NCBI GenBank assembly: GCA_043228905.1
Contig: JBHGNT010000016.1
Span: 13,020,001-13,084,000, forward strand
DNA: 64,000 nucleotides
DNA from: Azolla caroliniana
Lineage: Eukaryota > Plantae > Polypodiophyta
Reading direction: 5' to 3'
Positions 37,795 through 51,360 of the stretch are shown here, piece after piece. Position numbers and translations under genes: made by a program. The number at the start of each line of letters is the position of its first letter. The stretch's first letter is position 1. Below the pieces are notes generated by a model that worked only from the letters and a program-made list of their open reading frames with translations, did no database searches and had not been told where the DNA came from.

Positions 37795-39732
37795 AATCGG
37801 GTCTGGCCGCCCTTTCGCCTACGCGGATGTCAGCTGAAGCCGAGTAGTGGACAGCTTCGACGTGCCATGTCGTGGCCTCTTCCATTAGCCTCTTTATTCC
37901 ACCTCGTCCAAAATTCGCGTCTAGCAATCTTCGTGTGTCACTCTCGTGTATCTTGCCATTCGAAAGATAAACTACATTACTTCTGAGCGCTTCACCGAGG
38001 TCAACGCAGTCTCTCCGAGAATGTCCGGTGGCGTCACACCATATGCACCGTTGATTGGCCGGTGGTCGTCAGTCGCGCGGTTGACCCTCGTTGCTCCGTC
38101 GGGCCTGGGCGATCTGGAGGTCGCGCACCATCCTTGTTAGTTCTTCGAGTCCTGCGCCACCTGCAAACCCCACGACTACGTTTGTCGGGGGTGGGTCTAG
38201 CTCGAGCCACCTCCTCGTTTCTTCCATTCGTGTTGGTGTCGGCTCGGCTCTGGTTTCGACAGCTGGTTCGGCCGGCGAGGACCCCCTTTCCTTCCAATCT
38301 CGACGTTTGTCAATCCTGCTACATACTTCTTTGATGGTTGCCCAGTCAGTCGTGAGACTGCGGTTGGTTTCCAGAAGAAGGCCCACGCTTTCCTGGACGC
38401 GCGAGTCGAACGACATAACGAAAAATAGGACTTTGCTCGTTTCGAGCATGGTTCAGTCCAATCTAGAGAGCCGCGTGAAGCGTGACTCGAACTCCTGGAG
38501 GAGTGTCGAAGCGTTTTGACCCTTGTCGGGGCTGTTGACCCAATCCATAAAGTCCTTTCTCGATAGCCGGAGTGAGTCGTCGTAGTTGTATCTTTTGAGA
38601 ACTTCCTCCGCGAATTCCCCCCAATCACGGCAGCCCGCTTGTATTTCAACCATCTCCGTATGGATGTGTGGTGTCACGACCTAGGGAAACCCTATCAGTC
38701 GTCTATCCTCAGGTATATTCCTCATCTACATTTCATATTTGTAGGCCTCTAAGTAACTCATGGCGTCTTTCCCACTGAACCGGCCTATCTTGTCGACCGT
38801 TGCTTCTATGGCCCTGTCGAGGGCACTCACGCCCTTGCGAGCGCTAACCAGGTGGTCTACCGCCACCGCCATTGCTTCTGCAAGTTTGCTCCCTCTCATT
38901 TTCAGATTCCTTTGCCGCCCCTCTTCACGTCGGGTTCACCAAATATGTCGAGGATATCCTTGCGGATGCGTAGAAGTTGGGCAAGACCGTGGGGATCTTG
39001 AACCAAGGAATCAAGAAATGAGGAGGAAGAGTCTATGGTTTACGTGAGCCTTGAGACCGCGGTTTAAACAGAGAGGGTTAGCGAAATGAGAGAGGTAGTG
39101 TGAGAGGATCGTGTGTAGACACAGGCGTGGACAGAGATGCTAAGAGCTACTTGCGTTCGACAGATAAGTTTCTATTAATCAATATATGCGCGTAGCGCTG
39201 TGGGCGATTACAACCGGATCAGTGCCAGTGGTTGAGCGTAGGCTCTACAGTAGTCAAATACAAAGTGGAGTAGGCACACAGAAGGTCGATCCCTGGTCGG
39301 GAGCACTCGGGCATCTGACGCGAGCAGGGGAAGCGCCTTCTGGTGATCTCTCGTAGGACTCCTTGTTTGGTCTTTTTCTCTGTTCCTTTCTTTCCCTCTC
39401 GATTACTTCCCCCCCAAAAATGATATATCTCAAACAGTCAAAGGTCACCCCTTTTATAGCACAAGGAGCGACTGTTATAAGGCATTCTTGACTTGTCGCT
39501 TTCCCTTCCTAGATTCTCCCCCCTGATTCTCCCCCCTGATTCGCTCTCCTCGTAACTCTCCCTACTTACGCTATGTCTAAATCCCTATTAGTGCCTTAAC
39601 TACCTAGTACACCTCCTTCTACCTATGCCTAGCACTTACACTATTTTATTACCTAGGGGTGTGCACTCGCGCACACCAGTGCTCCCGCACGTTTCACCTT
39701 GTTTCTACCTATGGCCCAGAATCTTCACGACA
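37795..39732 (-). mobile_element. Element K: 5' part of a Trp-family gypsy (LTR 38946-39732, PBS 38924-38941, gag with CIWCD knuckle)
   Basis: Minus-strand TGTCGTGAAG...CTCGACA LTR; Trp PBS; gag fragments homologous to the ORF at 7876. Confidence 0.85.
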
Positions 39733-41326
39733 ACGCCCTTGTGCAATGATTTGGCCTACCTCCTTGATGAAGCTTTCGCTCTCCGGCTTCTCGAGAAAGG
39801 AGAACCATTCTTTGTGGTTCGTCATGTGGTTCTTCCTCCGACTTCGAGTCGGATGTAGCCATTCAATTAGCCTTATGCTTCATTATGAGGGTCGGTCCTG
39901 ACCCATCTCCAACAAAATGCGATCGGTGACACCTATCTTCGTCCCTCCAGCTCGATTTGGCATTGTCCGAATAAGCTCTTTTCTTCCATCACTCAATTTC
40001 TCTATGGCCCTTCTGGCCACAGTACTAGTAGAGTATCACCGCCTTTCCTTGTTGGCTCCCGACATCACCTTGACCCCCCCTGCTTCTGGAGGGTCCGATA
40101 CTATTGTCAACACTATCTTTGTGCCTCCAATTCTGCTCTTGTTAGCCGCCTCCATTTCACGCTGATCCGCCTTGACTAACACGTCCATGGGGCCTCTCTA
40201 CCTCCGTGTATAGCATCTTGCTGTCAGTGTGTGTACTCATCGATGCACCCATGTGGTTCTCCTCTACAAGGAGCATTGACTATAAGTCGAAAAACGAGGG
40301 CGTATTCTCCCTTGTACATATCATCGTTCAGAATGTTCTGAACTTCGACGCCAGGCCCCCAAGACAGACCTACACCATCTCATCCTCCTCGACGGTCACA
40401 TTGATGGAGGCAAGGGAATCAGAGATCTCTTTTATCCAGGCCATGTAATAGGCCACCAACACGTCTTTCTGTTGGACATTGCTCAACTCCTGTCGGAGTT
40501 GCAGCTTCCGAGCCATGGTGCTTGCAGCGAAGACCTTCTTCAGGTTCGTCCAAGCTTCCTTTGGAGTCTTGGCATCTTGGAGATGGCTAAGCAGTTGATC
40601 GCTGACACTAGACGCAAAGCAGAACATTACTCTGTTTGTCGCTTGTTCCCAAGCCGAAAAGTCCTTGTGTACCGCATCAGGTATTGTATCATCGCCTTCG
40701 TCGACACAACTCCAATAGCCATGCCCGAGTAGATACTGGTGCATCTCGTACAACCAAGATGCATAGTTGGTTTTATCGAGCTTCTCCATCAGAAGCGAGC
40801 TAGCCATTCCTTTGTCCATTCTTCCCTTCTCTATTCTCTATGGGGTATTAGGGTTTGTTTGTAAGCGTCACTTGTCCACATCAGAGGATTCTCAACCCTC
40901 GCGCTCTGATACCATGAAAAAGTGAATGTGCGAAAATGTAGACAAAACTGGCTGAGCCGCATAACAGCAAAACATAACAACAGAACACAGAAGTCAAGGT
41001 TTAACGGAAAACTTGAATATAGTACGCGGGAGAGACAGGGTTAGAGCAGAACACAAGAAAACTCAATTTCAAAAATACTCAAAGATGTTGTACATACGAC
41101 AATGCTTAAGAGCACTAATTATACAAGTCCTTAAGGATTGACTAAAGTATTGACAAGTACTTTAATGCTCGTACAGAGCATCAGACACAGACTCCCAAAT
41201 ATATGCCCACGTACTAAGCTAAGGTCGTAGGCCTCTAACGACCTTAGCTTACGACCTTATTCTGATTCTGATCCGGCTCTAACTTATTCAACCGATCTAG
41301 ATCTGGTTGAGCTTGTCCGCTCAACA
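39733..41326 (-). mobile_element. Element L: 5' part of a copia element of the E family (5' LTR 40915-41326, Met-i PBS 40903-40914, gag and protease remnants)
   Basis: MEKLDKTNYASW...ARKLQLRQEL gag; LTR related to E and H LTRs. Confidence 0.85.
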
Positions 41327-41673
41327 ACTTCTTATTTGAAACTTTAAGTTGATTTGTTATTTAGCGCTTGGAGATAGAAGTTTGTGTGATTTTTAAGTTT
41401 TAAGTTTTAGGTTTTCCGCAGTTGGAAGTTTAGGTTTCTTTTGAGTAAATTTATGCATCATTTTCACGGCAAATATTTGTTGTACACTTAATAGTTTTTT
41501 AGATTTTTTGATGTTTGTTTCTAAGTCGGGCTCTTGGTGACAGATGCTGTCAGCTTTTTATCCACATCGGACAGTGGAGATCGCACACGCCATCAGTTGT
41601 GCAACTTGCACCGTCCGCACCCGCGATTCCCTCACTTAGCTCTCTTTAATTTTTGGTAGTAGCTAGACACGAG

Positions 41674-41832
41674 CATACATACATACATACATTACATAGA
41701 TACATACATACATTACATAGATACATAGATACATACATACATTACATAGATACATACATACATTACATAGATACATACATACATTACATACATACATACA
41801 TACATACATACATTACATAGACACATACATAC
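41674..41832. repeat. ATAC-based micro/minisatellite (about 21-bp higher-order unit ATACATACATACATTACATAG)
   Basis: Directly visible tandem repeat upstream of the host gene. Confidence 0.9.
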
Positions 41833-42287
41833 TCTGCTCTCAGTCTTAGAGAAAACCAAAGACAAACAAAATAAGGGGAAACAGAGAAGGTGAAGGTGAA
41901 GGTGAAGGTGAAGCCGAAAGACAGAGAGAGAAGAAGGCTTCAGCTGCACCATGGCACTGGCTATGGCCTTTGCTTCGACGCAGCTCCGCCCCAATCGATC
42001 GAACCATCCATAACTGCCGTGGCTTCGCTCTTCTTCCTTCTTACTACTAATTCCTGATCCTACATTCCCCACACCAACCCCAACACTGTCCTCAAATACT
42101 GCATTCTTCTTCTGCATCCTAAGAAAAGAAGAATTCTGCAGTAGTTGTAGTAGTAGACATAGAAACAGAAGTAGACAACCATTGCAAGTGAAAGAACATG
42201 CGAAGAAGAAGTAGCAGAAGTCTGCAATAGAAGAACAAGTGGTGAAAGAAAACGAGGAAGGCAGTAAGAACATAAGAAGAAGAAGCT

Positions 42288-45200
42288 ATGGCACCTTCAA
42301 GCAGAGTTTCAGATCAAGGTCTAGTATTTTCTGGAGCAGTAATGACAACAGCAGAACCTTTACCTTCTTCGAGAAGCCATGGAACCTCCAAAGTTGGCTC
42401 TCGATCTACCACGGAACAGAAGCATTATAAATCAGGTAACAGTTCCACGCCTACTCCTCCTCACATTCTCATGGATCTGAAGCAGCGAATCCTCGCATCT
42501 TTAGCTAAGATTTCGGATAGAGACACGCAACAAATCGGACTCGAAGAGCTCGAAAAGATCATGGAATCTATAACTGCTCCTGACTCGATCTCGGTCTGTC
42601 TTTCGTGTCTTTATGATTCGGAAATGCAGCAAAAAAGTGTGGTAAAGAAAGAATGTGTTCGGCTGTTCGGATCTTTAGCATCCTCTGAACATGCCGATCT
42701 ATTGGTTCCACACTTGGTGAAGATCATTGCAAGCATTATGAGAAGGCTAAGAGATCCTGATAGTAGTGTCCGGGATGCGTGCGTGGATGTGATCTCAGTC
42801 CTTTCTGCGCGAATGCTATCGTCAGCATCAGCATCAGTTTCGTCTCCTGGTCCTACTTTGTCTTTGTCTCCTCTTTCCCTTGAGAAGGAAAATGGTGCAC
42901 TTAATACATCATCTATTGTGACCTTGGCCACATTTACGAAACCTCTTTTTGATGCTCTTAGTGAGCAAAACAAGAGTGTTCAGACGGGCGCAGCCATGTG
43001 TCTTTCCCGAGTCATTGAGAGTGCAAAACCTCCTCCGGTTGGCCCCATGGCCCGTCTCTGTCCCCGTATATGCAAATTCATGAGCAACCCCAACTTTCTT
43101 GCTCGACCTGCATTGCTCGCAGTCATCGGAAGCTTATCACAGGTTTGTCTTTTCTATCTATCCTCTTGCATTTTGACAGGATTTACTTAGGAAGACAATG
43201 CTGTATAGTTTTCACATTTGGATCATGAAAAGCATAGAGATTTGTTCTATGTGGAAACTATTTGTTTTTAGAACCTCTTTTCAATTAGAATAGTAGCTTA
43301 AACTAAAATTTAATATTTCAGGGCCATTTGAAGGCCTTGAAACATGTCCACCTCCAATGGAAATGGTATGGGAGCTGTTTCCTGTAATGTAGGTTAAAAG
43401 TGCGATTTTGGCTCCCTTACCCTCCTTGTTTTTGAAAACCTAGTTTGCAATGTAACATGTGTAGCGTTAAAGCTAGGAAAAAATCACATTGTATTTTTGG
43501 TCCTTGTCAGTATTTATAGTTCTTTCTCTCTGATTGGTTCCTAAATGTTTATCCATCTTTGCTACATTTAGTCATAAGGTACAGTACATCACATTGTGCT
43601 GTACTGTGCATAAGACATTTTTTTCTTTCTTATAAAGTATTTATCACTGAAAATAAAAACTCATTTGCATGATAATGGAAGTGTACAGCACCTAGTGGCG
43701 GATGTGCTGGATACAATGGAACACCAGATAACTAGCAGGCAGTTGCTCTAGAATCAAAGGCAGTGAATATGATTCGCAACAACATACTTTCAACATATCT
43801 TTAGGCATTCATTAAGAACAATTCAGTGGATTAATGCATTCTAACCTCTGTATTAGCTATCTCACCTATTCCTATGGAAATCAATGTAAGTTAAAGAGAT
43901 GGTAGGATTCATCTGTCGGATGGAAAGACAACTAGCTCAACCTTATCTGAACTTTAGAATGTAAAATGTAGGATTCATCTGTCGGATAGAAAGACAACTA
44001 GCTCAACCTTAGAATGTAAAATGTAAAAGGTACCAAGTATGATAGGATCTGTTAAAATAAGATAATACTGCAAATAGAAATATTAGATGGCGCAAATTTA
44101 ATTGTTGCTGCAGTTTTTGCTATTGGATAAAGTGTTTCTCTGGACCCGTCACTCCATTTCTGTTTTTCATGTTTATTGATGGATTGACTGTGGAGGTCTT
44201 TTTAGAAGTTTATCAATTTACTGATCAGTAGTGTTTCATGCCCAAAGTATCAGTATTGAATTGGAAGAACAAACAATGAATTATGTCCAACACACAATAT
44301 GATGGATCGCCTGTTGTTTACAATGCAGAAATCAATAAGAGAGGAGAGAGAAATGAGGGAGTAGCAATAAGCTATTAGTATCATACCTAAAATGCCTCAA
44401 TTTGATAATTTCCACCTCGTTACATACTCATGGCTCTAATATGCTCTTCTTACATTACAGGTTGGAGCTCTAGGTCAACAACAATTGGGTTTGGTTATGC
44501 CATGTGTGCATGAAGCCTTAGAGAGTAGTGATTGGGCAACACGTAAAGCAGCTGCTGAAACCTTGACCCGTATGGGAAATAACCTCGGTCCAGCATTGTT
44601 ATCCTTTAGATCAGCAACCCTGCAAGTACTGGAATCTTGTCGCTTTGATAAGGTTGGTGCTTTTGGGCTTGTATGGATGTTATATGTTTAATTCATCTTT
44701 ATATAAATCCCTTCTAGTGCTTTTGTAGGTGAAACCTGTAAGAGACACTGTCCACGATGCAATTCAGCTATGGAAGGCCTTGACTGGGACTGAACTGGAG
44801 TCCCTTGAATCAGCAAAAACACCTGGTAATTTATAATCTATGAAAGGCACTTTGCTTATAAGTTATTTTGCATGTCAGTAATATGTAATGTGATATGATT
44901 CTGTTATTACAATGTGTTTAATCAGACAACTCCGAGCCAACAAATGGAATGCAGAAGCTTGAGTTACGTAGTTCAAGTCCTGTCCCTAAACTGGCAAGTC
45001 CTAATGCAGCAGAAGGTCCTGTAAAAGGTAATAAATCCAGCCCGAGACGAATGCAGAGATCAGCTGAAAAGCCAGTTGAAGCAATCAGAAGAAGGGCTTC
45101 TACTCTCAGTGATAAGAAGCTTAATCCAGAATTCTTTCAGAAAATAGCTGCCCGAGACTCTGATGATTGGCAAATTGAGGTTGTATTGCCTCGCAGTTCT

Positions 45201-48200
45201 TCACAGATGTCTAATCCTGAGGAGGTTTGTGCTGGAGATGGAGTTATTGTTGACGATGCACCTATAGGAAGGACTACAAAAGAAGAGAAATCTGCAGAGG
45301 GTAGTGAATTATCAACAGTGTTGACATCTACTGCTGATAACTCACAGTTTTTGAGGGACACAGAAAACTCAGTGATGCAAAAGGGTAGTGGAAAAACTGA
45401 ATGTGATGCGGTATGGAAAGCAAATATCCATGTCACTAACGTGGCTAGTACTAGTACTTTTGAAACAAATAATGGGAGATCAACTTGGGTGTTTATAGAG
45501 GAAAGACTCTGTCAGCTTGAACAACAACAGTCAAGTCTATTGCAGATGTTTGAGGTACTTCTGTCTAGATCCTTTGTGCGTCATTATATCTTATTGTGCA
45601 GTATGGGTTGGCTACATTTTGTGTATGCTGTAAAATTTTGATTCACCAAAGCGCAAATGAAATTCAAGCTTTTTGCTGCCAAGGCTTCCAATAGGTGCTA
45701 ATGAAGAATGTTGTCTATCGTACTTCTTTTGGAACCCTTCTGGACATTGGAGTTCTGTTTCTCGCAACTATTTGTGAGAAATTCTGTTTCTTGCAGCTAT
45801 CACTTATCTTATGAACTAATCATAGAAGGATGCCAAATTTCCAATGCTCACTTCCATGGAATAAGTTATATTAATATCCCAACATCATCAGAAAACAGAT
45901 GAGTGCTGCATTTTATTTGCAAGCTTATTGATTCTGTTCCTTTCTTGTTAGTCCATTCATTCATAATCCCCAAGACCTCTTTGATGTCCTAATGTTATTA
46001 CTTCTAGTACTCCCTCTTTTGCTAATGCAAAAGTAGTAAGTTGTCCTATTGCTATTCGTGCATTATGCTGTATCTTAGTACTAATCCATTGTTTTTGAGC
46101 TCCATCAGAGCTTTATATTCATGGTGGAACTATTTTCACCAAACCAAACCTGAGTAAATTTCCTAAAACAATTCATCATCGTAGCAGGACTTTAGAAGTA
46201 GTATAAAGTTCTCCTCCAAATCCTGTGTCATATTTTGAAAATTAATCATCTCCAATTGTAATTTAGCCTGAATTCCCAAAGTTTCATCTGATAGATTTTT
46301 GTACTCCGACCTGATTACAAGTGTTGATAGTGTGTAAATGTAGTCATTATGTCCATTTATCGTTAATGATTTCAGCCATGACTTGAATGTAACTTTAGGA
46401 AATTTCCAAAGGAGATTAATGAGTGTTTCCATGTGTAATTGCTAGAACAACAAACCTTTGTGTTACTCTATATAGTTTTCCTTTTAACTTTCCCAGAGCC
46501 TTGGAATACTAATCGCCATTTAAAGCTTTGTAACTTGGATCAAAGATAACCCTAACTCTAATCTTTCTCTAGTCCCACACTCAGCTTATGTTTTCTGGAG
46601 ACATGAATCCTTGCTTCTGTATAATTAGTATGGAAACTGTTTCTCGTAATTGGGATTTCCCAATTTGAAATGAAATCCCATAGCTTCTCTAAGGTTCTAT
46701 AATACAATATGCAAAGGTTGTCATTTAAACTCTAGATCACCAAATTTGTGTGTTTCCATTATGGTTTATAATAGATTATTTACATTATATTTATGGCTGA
46801 TACTTTCCAGGATTTTTTAACATGCTCCGACGAAAATATGTTTATATTACAATCCAGGCTCCGTGACCTTGAGCACATGGTTGAAGATTTAGCTTCTGAA
46901 TCACAGTTTTTTGGAGGAAAAAGATTGAATTCTGGTGTCATGAGAACAAACTATGGCTTCAAGTTACATACCAGATACAATACCCCTGGATCTGACTATG
47001 TGAGCTCTGGTTTTGGTAAAAGTGTGAATGAAGAACGAGTCTCTGCCTCTGAAAATATTAATAAAAGCTTGAGGTCAAGTATGTATCGTTCATCTGAGCC
47101 TCATCCTCGAGATTGGGATGGGTTTGCACACAGAGGCTTTAGGGATGAGCTAACTGTAACTGGGACAAATATGGTAGATTCTGGTATGCGGCGTAGAGGG
47201 TCTACTGATGTATTATCGAGGAGCGAGAAGGAAGAGTTCGAAGAAACTGAGGAGATAAGATTGACAAGAGCATGGGAGAGAGTACCTGGGGCATTTAGGC
47301 TGGGGGAGGGTCCTTCTGCTCGAAGTGTTTGGCAAGCTTCCAAAGATGAAGCTACTCTTGCAGCCATCCGAGTGGCCGGAGAAGATGCTGAACCTTCCGA
47401 CGCAGAATCTCTTTCTTCAGCAGCTTCGAGACCTTTGCTTAATGAAGTGGCTTCTGAAAACTTACCACAAAAGTTCAGTAGTGGGCGGGATGGAAAAGGG
47501 TATTGGAGCTTATGGGGCTCTGCCATGGAGTTTATTCGCACGGGAGACTTAGAATCTGCTTATAACGAGGTGCTTTGTGCTGATGATGATCTTATGCTCA
47601 TGAGATTGATGACTCGAACTGGACCTGTCCTGGATCAGCTCACTATATCGACCGTGGCTGAAGTTTTGCATGTTGTTGGTCAGCTACTTCAGCAGCAGAA
47701 CTATTTCGACTACTGCCTCGCTTGGATCCAACAGGTTATTTATTGTTTCTCAGTTCTAACAAGGTGCATCAAGACATTTCCTGCAAAGGGCAATGTGATG
47801 CACTGTCACTTATTTGCAAACATAGTGATGAATTATCCTTAAATGTTTACACACGTAATGTTCATTAAGGAAGATGTATTAAAATAGGATGGCTTATTAA
47901 AATATCCCTAGGTTTTAAGCCATTTCAAATAAAGCTTTCCAAAATAAGTAGATTGGCTTCTCTAACTGAGCTTTATATACACGTGTGCCCGTATGAGTAA
48001 GGGAGAAAGAGGAATTAGTAAAGGATCCAAGACATTACTTACGAGATAGGGAATTAGGAGTAACAAATGACATAGTAAAGAACAGGAGAGAAAGGTACAC
48101 AAATCATTGCTTGGATATTTCAAACTAGAGAATGTCATATAAATAGAGTTTGCTATTTACTTTTGCAAAGAAAATAAAATATTGCCAGGCCTAAGATATG

Positions 48201-48438
48201 GTTTTGTAGGATTTCTAGCTTTGGAAAGGAAGATTTCTGATTACCTTGAGCTTTACAGGTGGCTAATATGGTGGCTAATAATGGTCCAGAATGCTTCGAT
48301 TTGACATTAGATTCAAAGAAAGAGCTACTAATGGCTTTGCAAGAATCTTCTGGTATGGAATTGCCTGATGGGTGGATTGGCAATAGTATAGACGAGCTTA
48401 TACACCAACTTTCAAGTGCTTGGTCTATAGACTTGTAA
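42288..48438 (+). CDS. TOR1: Microtubule-associated protein TORTIFOLIA1/SPIRAL2 homologue; exons 42288-43142, 44461-44652, 44729-44825, 44926-45554, 46811-47734, 48259-48438 (958 aa)
   Basis: HEAT/TOG N-terminus (LKQRILASLAKISDRDT, RLRDPDSSVRDAC, SSDWATRKAAAETL, CRFDKVKPVRD); DDWQIEV; RLGEGPSARSVWQASKDEATLAAIRVAGED; C-terminal LMTRTGPVLD; all introns GT-AG with frame preserved. Confidence 0.93.
43901..44027. repeat. Short tandem duplication in intron 1
   Basis: gtaggattcatctgtcggat(g/a)gaaagacaactagctcaacctta occurs at 43901 and about 43968. Confidence 0.8.
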
Positions 48439-49213
48439 AAGGCTGCATCAAAAACATGCTCAGAAGTCTTTTCTTATTATTATGAATTCTTAAAAAACAT
48501 CGTGTGAATGTCTTTGTCCGCGAAACTGTATTCATTTTGTCTAGTCTTTTTGGCATGGCGCATGAGCAAACAACAATTTGAATATGCTATATACAACAAA
48601 TTATGATAGGCTAAAATGATTCAGTGTTTTTGGTGTGATTCTTTTTTCTATGAGGAGTTCATGAAATCAACACCCCATCGCTAAAAGTGCCTTGATGGGC
48701 AAACACAGCAAGAAACATTTAGGGAAGGAATAAATATGGTGAAAGGTATCTTCTGAAACATATATTATGTAAAGGTTCCATGTGAGGTGGCTGTGTTTTT
48801 CTATGTATACTAAGATACAGCCAAAAACATGATCCAATGGTGTGATGGATGTATCAAAGCAGTAAAATATCTTATTGAACTCGCGTAGGAAACCATAGTT
48901 GTAAATGATGATTAAATTTTAAGCTAACATGGTCCATGAGGATAAAACTTCCAATGGTATCATGAATGAATCGAAGCTGACTCGAGTAGGAAACCATAGT
49001 TGTAAATGATGAGTAAATTTATGCTATTGGTTTCATTTGAAAAGCCTAAAGATGGATGTAACTATGGGCCTCATTTCAGCTCAAACTTAACCAAACTGTT
49101 GAGTCATAGTTTAATGGTTTATTGGTTCCAAAGAAAATTAAATGGTTTGGTTTGGTTTGACTTATTAATAAATTGTTCAGTTTTAGTTTGGTTTGTTGGT
49201 TTATAGCTTTAAG

Positions 49214-49578
49214 CATAGATTGACATATTCACATTTGTAGGGCCTCTCCCATGAATGTATCCGAATACGAATACGAACACATTTTAACTCAAGGGTTTTT
49301 TTGAAACCCTAAATTTGGTTCTCAGCTTGCAAACTTAGGGTTTTTTTGAAACCCTAATAATTTAACTAATTATTAGTGAGTTAATTAATTGTTTAGTGAA
49401 ATAATGAATTTTTAGTGAATTAAATATTTCTTTTAGTGAATTAAATCATTTTTATTATATAAATTTATTTTGAAAAAGGAATGGTTTTATAATATTCTTG
49501 GGGCCATTTCTTATTCTCAAATCTTGCAAATATCATGCATGGCGAAAATCACAAAAATGGTGTATATGTCAGTCTATG
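49214..49578. mobile_element. hAT-like MITE, nested in an older AT-rich GGTTT-repeat MITE-like element (about 49064-49955)
   Basis: TIR CATAGA(T/C)TGACATAT(T/A)CAC at both ends; degenerate 8-bp flanks GCTTTAAG and GGTTTAAA. Confidence 0.65.
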
Positions 49579-51253
49579 GGTTTAAATGGTTTTGGTTTAA
49601 AGGTTTAAAAGTTTTTAGTTAACTTTTTCTTCTCCCTTAATTGCTTACTAATTTAATGGTTGCATTGATAATTTATTATTGATTTAATTAATTTAACTCA
49701 AATGCTTATTTAATTTAATGTATTTTAGTTTTTTTAATTAATTTAACTTAAATGGTTAGGTCTAAATTTTTTATTAAATGGTCAAGTTTGGTTTCAACTT
49801 TTCCCTAAATAGTTTTGGTTTAAATGGTTTGGTTCACCTTTTCTTAAATAGTTTGGATTAAATGGCTCTAGAGTTCATAAACGATTTGGTTTGGTTTTTA
49901 TTTTACGTAAATGGTTCAGTTCAGTTTCAAGGCAAAGAAATTGAACCAAGCCCATTGCTAAAGATGGGTTCTTCATGTTGGATAGTGCTTAAAGGCTTTG
50001 GGTGGATGTCGCATGTGCACTTAGCACATGCCCCATTTTGACAATGTTACAATGCTAGAGGTTGTTCAATAACAATGGTCCAATTTATATGTTGAAGCCT
50101 CTTGGAATACCCTTGATAGCCACTTGTCTTTTCTTTCAACACTTGCCTCTTGGAATTCTCCTTGCTCATATTTCAACACTTCTAGGGATAGGTTCTAGTT
50201 ATAAAGAACCGTAGGAAATGTGTAATATTTAAAATTAATCAATGATGTGCATATAAAATGTAATTTTTGAAGAGGAAAATATTCAAATATTGTACCTCCA
50301 AATTATGAAGCTATGTAAAACTACAAGTGTAGCAATTATATGTTGAGTAGCTTTCAATAGGAAATTAGATACAAATGAAGATAAATTAGGAATACTTAAG
50401 TGCAACCTAGAGCATGTGTGCTAAGTGAGACATGCTTTGTTCATAATGCATGGGATGATGCAAGCATGTGCACCAAGTGGCAATGCATTCTTAGCCTTGA
50501 CTCCATGGGAGACCCAATACAAGGACACCTAAATATAAGGTAGTCATTAGAGATGGTGAATCAATGTGTCTAACAACCTTCATTTCACATGGTTTGCCAA
50601 CATTTTACTACCCTATAGACACCAAATCCACGAGGCCCTCAAAGATTCTCTATCTTATGGTTGTGAGCACTAAATGGCATTGTCAATTGTGAGTTATTGC
50701 AAATAGATTGTGCATTAAATCAATGTAACTAAAGAATGAACAAAGTTCTTGGACATTATAAAGGATAAACCATAATTTCACTTTCTCTATCTGAGAAAGA
50801 CCAATTTGTACCCCTTTTGCAAATGCTCAAACTAAATTACTAATGTTGAGACAACATTGCTATAAAATTCTAATTAGTTGGTATGTCGTGGCTTTATTCA
50901 AACAACTGTAGTTGTTACATAGTTTCCATAGTTCATCACAATTTAGATCTACGAGTAATAGTGTCATACTCCTAACAAATATGCGCCATTGTTAATAATC
51001 CTGAAGTTGGGGATCAATCTCATCTTCTTTGAATTGATTAAGTAAATACAAAGGAATAGAAACAAGTGTAACACCATGTATGACATCAAGATTATGGTTA
51101 AGAAATATGTGTAGGTGTTGCCATGGTGGAAACTATTTAGAAAAGCATTATAAAACTTTAATAAGAATACCAAATAATCTTTGTTCATAGAGAACAAGAA
51201 TGCTTGACAAAATATGCATAAAATGAGTAAAAATAGATGGTTTGTAATATATT

Positions 51254-51314
51254 TGTAAAGAAATGGAGAGTGTAGGTGATCTTGTGCAATGGAAGGAAGT
51301 GCGTGTGTGTAAGA

Positions 51315-51360
<46 letters not shown>

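Noticed and set aside
33230-41326. Single full-length copia element
   Set aside because: LTRs too divergent, no shared TSD, integrase missing
41713-42273. 186-aa minus-strand ORF
   Set aside because: Runs through microsatellites and the TOR1 leader; low complexity
49290-49360. AAACCCTAA telomere-like words
   Set aside because: Only isolated copies inside a MITE, not an array
50200-50620. Possible old LTR relic (GCATGTG...AAGTGGCAATGCAT motifs like LTR I)
   Set aside because: No termini or TSD could be defined
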